This document shows, one piece after another, positions 25,495-27,024 of a DNA stretch of 27,024 nucleotides; the stretch's first letter is position 1, and the number at the start of each line of letters is the position of its first letter. The stretch spans positions 1 to 27,024 of the IMG/VR virus record IMGVR_UViG_3300020043_009093; one strand, written 5' to 3'. A program made the translations under genes and the position numbers. This stretch comes from a virus. Its lineage: Duplodnaviria > Caudoviricetes. Under the pieces are notes generated by a model. The model searched no databases, was not told the DNA's origin, and saw only the letters and a program-made list of their open reading frames with translations.

Positions 25495-27024
25495 CTATTT
25501 CTTCCCTGCCGTCTCTTTTGGTGCGGGTGGGGGCAAAATGCGCATCCACTCTGCTGCTTCAATCGCTTCTATGTCGAGTTGCGATTTCTGTATTTTGCCT
25601 TCTTGAAAAAGTTTTTCTGCTTTTTCTAGCGATTTGCCAACGCCTTCGCGGGTAATGGTGTCACGAGTTCCTTCGTAGTATCGCGGCAAACGTTTTACTT
25701 TCTTTCGCTCTAAACTGCCCATCAAAGCATCTTCAGCCAGGGCCTCCACTTTTCGAACGTGCTCCTCGTCGAGCGCTTTAGGGTTTTCTGCAGCCCAAAT
25801 TTGATATGCGTCCATGGCTTGAGCAGCTTTGTGGTTCGCATTGGGATCGTCTTTTGCGATTTGCGATTGCAGTCTAGTTTGTAGGTTACGCATACCGCGC
25901 CGGTATTTGTTGTCTTTGGCAGGGCCGGCGGAATTTTGCTCGACGTCTGAAAAGAGCGTGTTGATTGCGCTGATATTTAAAAGTTTTTTGTTTCCAGCGT
26001 CGATGATTTCTTTTCGCACGTCCTCGCCCTGGCTGGCCCGGTACTTGAGCGAAATGTAAGTCCCCATGTCGGGCTGCTGTTCAACACGGCCGCTTGCTGC
26101 GTCTAGAAGCAATTTGAACTTGGCTTCGCCTAGATTATCCTCATTATCCATCACCCACTTCGGCGTTAGCTTGCCTTCGGCTTGCATTCTCCAGCCGTCT
26201 TTGGCCGTTTGTTCTTCGACTTCCCGCTGGGCTTTTTCCTCTTCTCGCGTAAGACGGTTCGCTTCCATGTCTTCTTTACGCAAGTTTGATTCGTACGTGT
26301 CCGTAGCGGTTTTCATTAGCCGCTCGACGGTATCTGGAGGAAATGAGTCAAACTCGCCGTTCTGGAGAGCTCTCTTTGCGGCAATAGGATCTGTATTTAA
26401 AATCTTCAGGAACGAAGCAGTTTGAACGCGTTCGTTAAACTTCTTGATTCTAACGACTGCATCGGTATCGGAAATCAGCCCGTTCGCCACGGCTCGCTGA
26501 ATACTAGAAAGGGCAGAGCGTTGAATGCCCGGCTTCTTTAACTCGTCCTGGTCGACAAACTGCTTGGCGTACAAATCCATTTCCTCGTCTAGAAACGCGA
26601 GGCTTTCGTTCTTGAGTTTTGCCAGTCGGTTTTTCTTAACTTCGAATTCTGTCTTGCTGGCGTACGGCGAAAAATCCGATGCAAATAAACTCATCGCCCG
26701 GCCAGAGCCTAGCTCCTGCTCGGCATCGGCATTGATTCGCTCTAGCTCCTGGCTAAACAACTCTTCGTGTTGAGAAACGTCAGGGGCCGGAATTAAATTG
26801 CCATCTTGATCAGCAGATCCGTTTTGTAAAACGTTCGTGAAGTCGTCGATTCTCTTATTGGCTTTTGCGGAATAGTTAGACGCCTTGCTGGTGTCGTAAT
26901 TGTTTTTTAGCTGTTCGCCCAGGTCTGCCACTTCTTGACCCAGGTTTCCCGCAGCACGCCAGGCTGATGCGCCAAAGGCGTCAGGCGTCGCTTGCGCCTC
27001 ATTAACAGGGCCTGCAAGACTTTG
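25495..27024 (-). CDS. Internal virion protein, 5' truncated by the window edge
   Basis: The frame stays open from 26931 to 27024 (QSLAGPVNEAQATPDAFGASAW...); helical and charged; abuts the 1178-aa gene. Confidence 0.65.
   Translation of the reverse strand, partial: QSLAGPVNEAQATPDAFGASAWRAAGNLGQEVADLGEQLKNNYDTSKASNYSAKANKRIDDFTNVLQNGSADQDGNLIPAPDVSQHEELFSQELERINADAEQELGSGRAMSLFASDFSPYASKTEFEVKKNRLAKLKNESLAFLDEEMDLYAKQFVDQDELKKPGIQRSALSSIQRAVANGLISDTDAVVRIKKFNERVQTASFLKILNTDPIAAKRALQNGEFDSFPPDTVERLMKTATDTYESNLRKEDMEANRLTREEEKAQREVEEQTAKDGWRMQAEGKLTPKWVMDNEDNLGEAKFKLLLDAASGRVEQQPDMGTYISLKYRASQGEDVRKEIIDAGNKKLLNISAINTLFSDVEQNSAGPAKDNKYRRGMRNLQTRLQSQIAKDDPNANHKAAQAMDAYQIWAAENPKALDEEHVRKVEALAEDALMGSLERKKVKRLPRYYEGTRDTITREGVGKSLEKAEKLFQEGKIQKSQLDIEAIEAAEWMRILPPPAPKETAGKK

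Noticed and set aside
21137-26773. Many + strand ORFs opposite the virion genes, and - strand ORFs opposite the replication genes
   Set aside because: They are antisense shadows of long genes, with no independent signals.

Overview
This window is about 27 kb of a tailed, probably temperate, podovirus-like phage genome with two convergent arms. The + strand (1456-15058) carries an APSE-type replication module: Cro-like HTH, RuvC-like resolvase, SNF2 helicase, DUF1599, Cas4-like DUF2800 nuclease, DUF2815 SSB, family A DNA polymerase, prim-pol/SF3 helicase and excisionase-like HTH, followed by small accessory genes and a tyrosine integrase. The - strand (27024-15135) carries internal virion proteins, tail fibres, a DUF5675-based lysis cassette and an unusual coupled cargo of a secreted serine protease, a lipoprotein and a CxxC thioredoxin-like lipoprotein. 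A non-coding stretch of about 1.3 kb (116-1455) looks like an iteron-flanked, AT-rich origin. The least explained signal is a set of structured intergenic RNAs: one multi-stem motif in two diverged copies with conserved junctions (3426-3507 and 8315-8384), a tRNA-like cloverleaf with an 8-bp acceptor stem and a large anticodon-arm insert (3280-3416), a 15-bp-stem element (6019-6138) and a UUCG three-way element (12890-12948). All family names come from motif recognition by eye and all folds from manual pairing; no database search or folding program was run.
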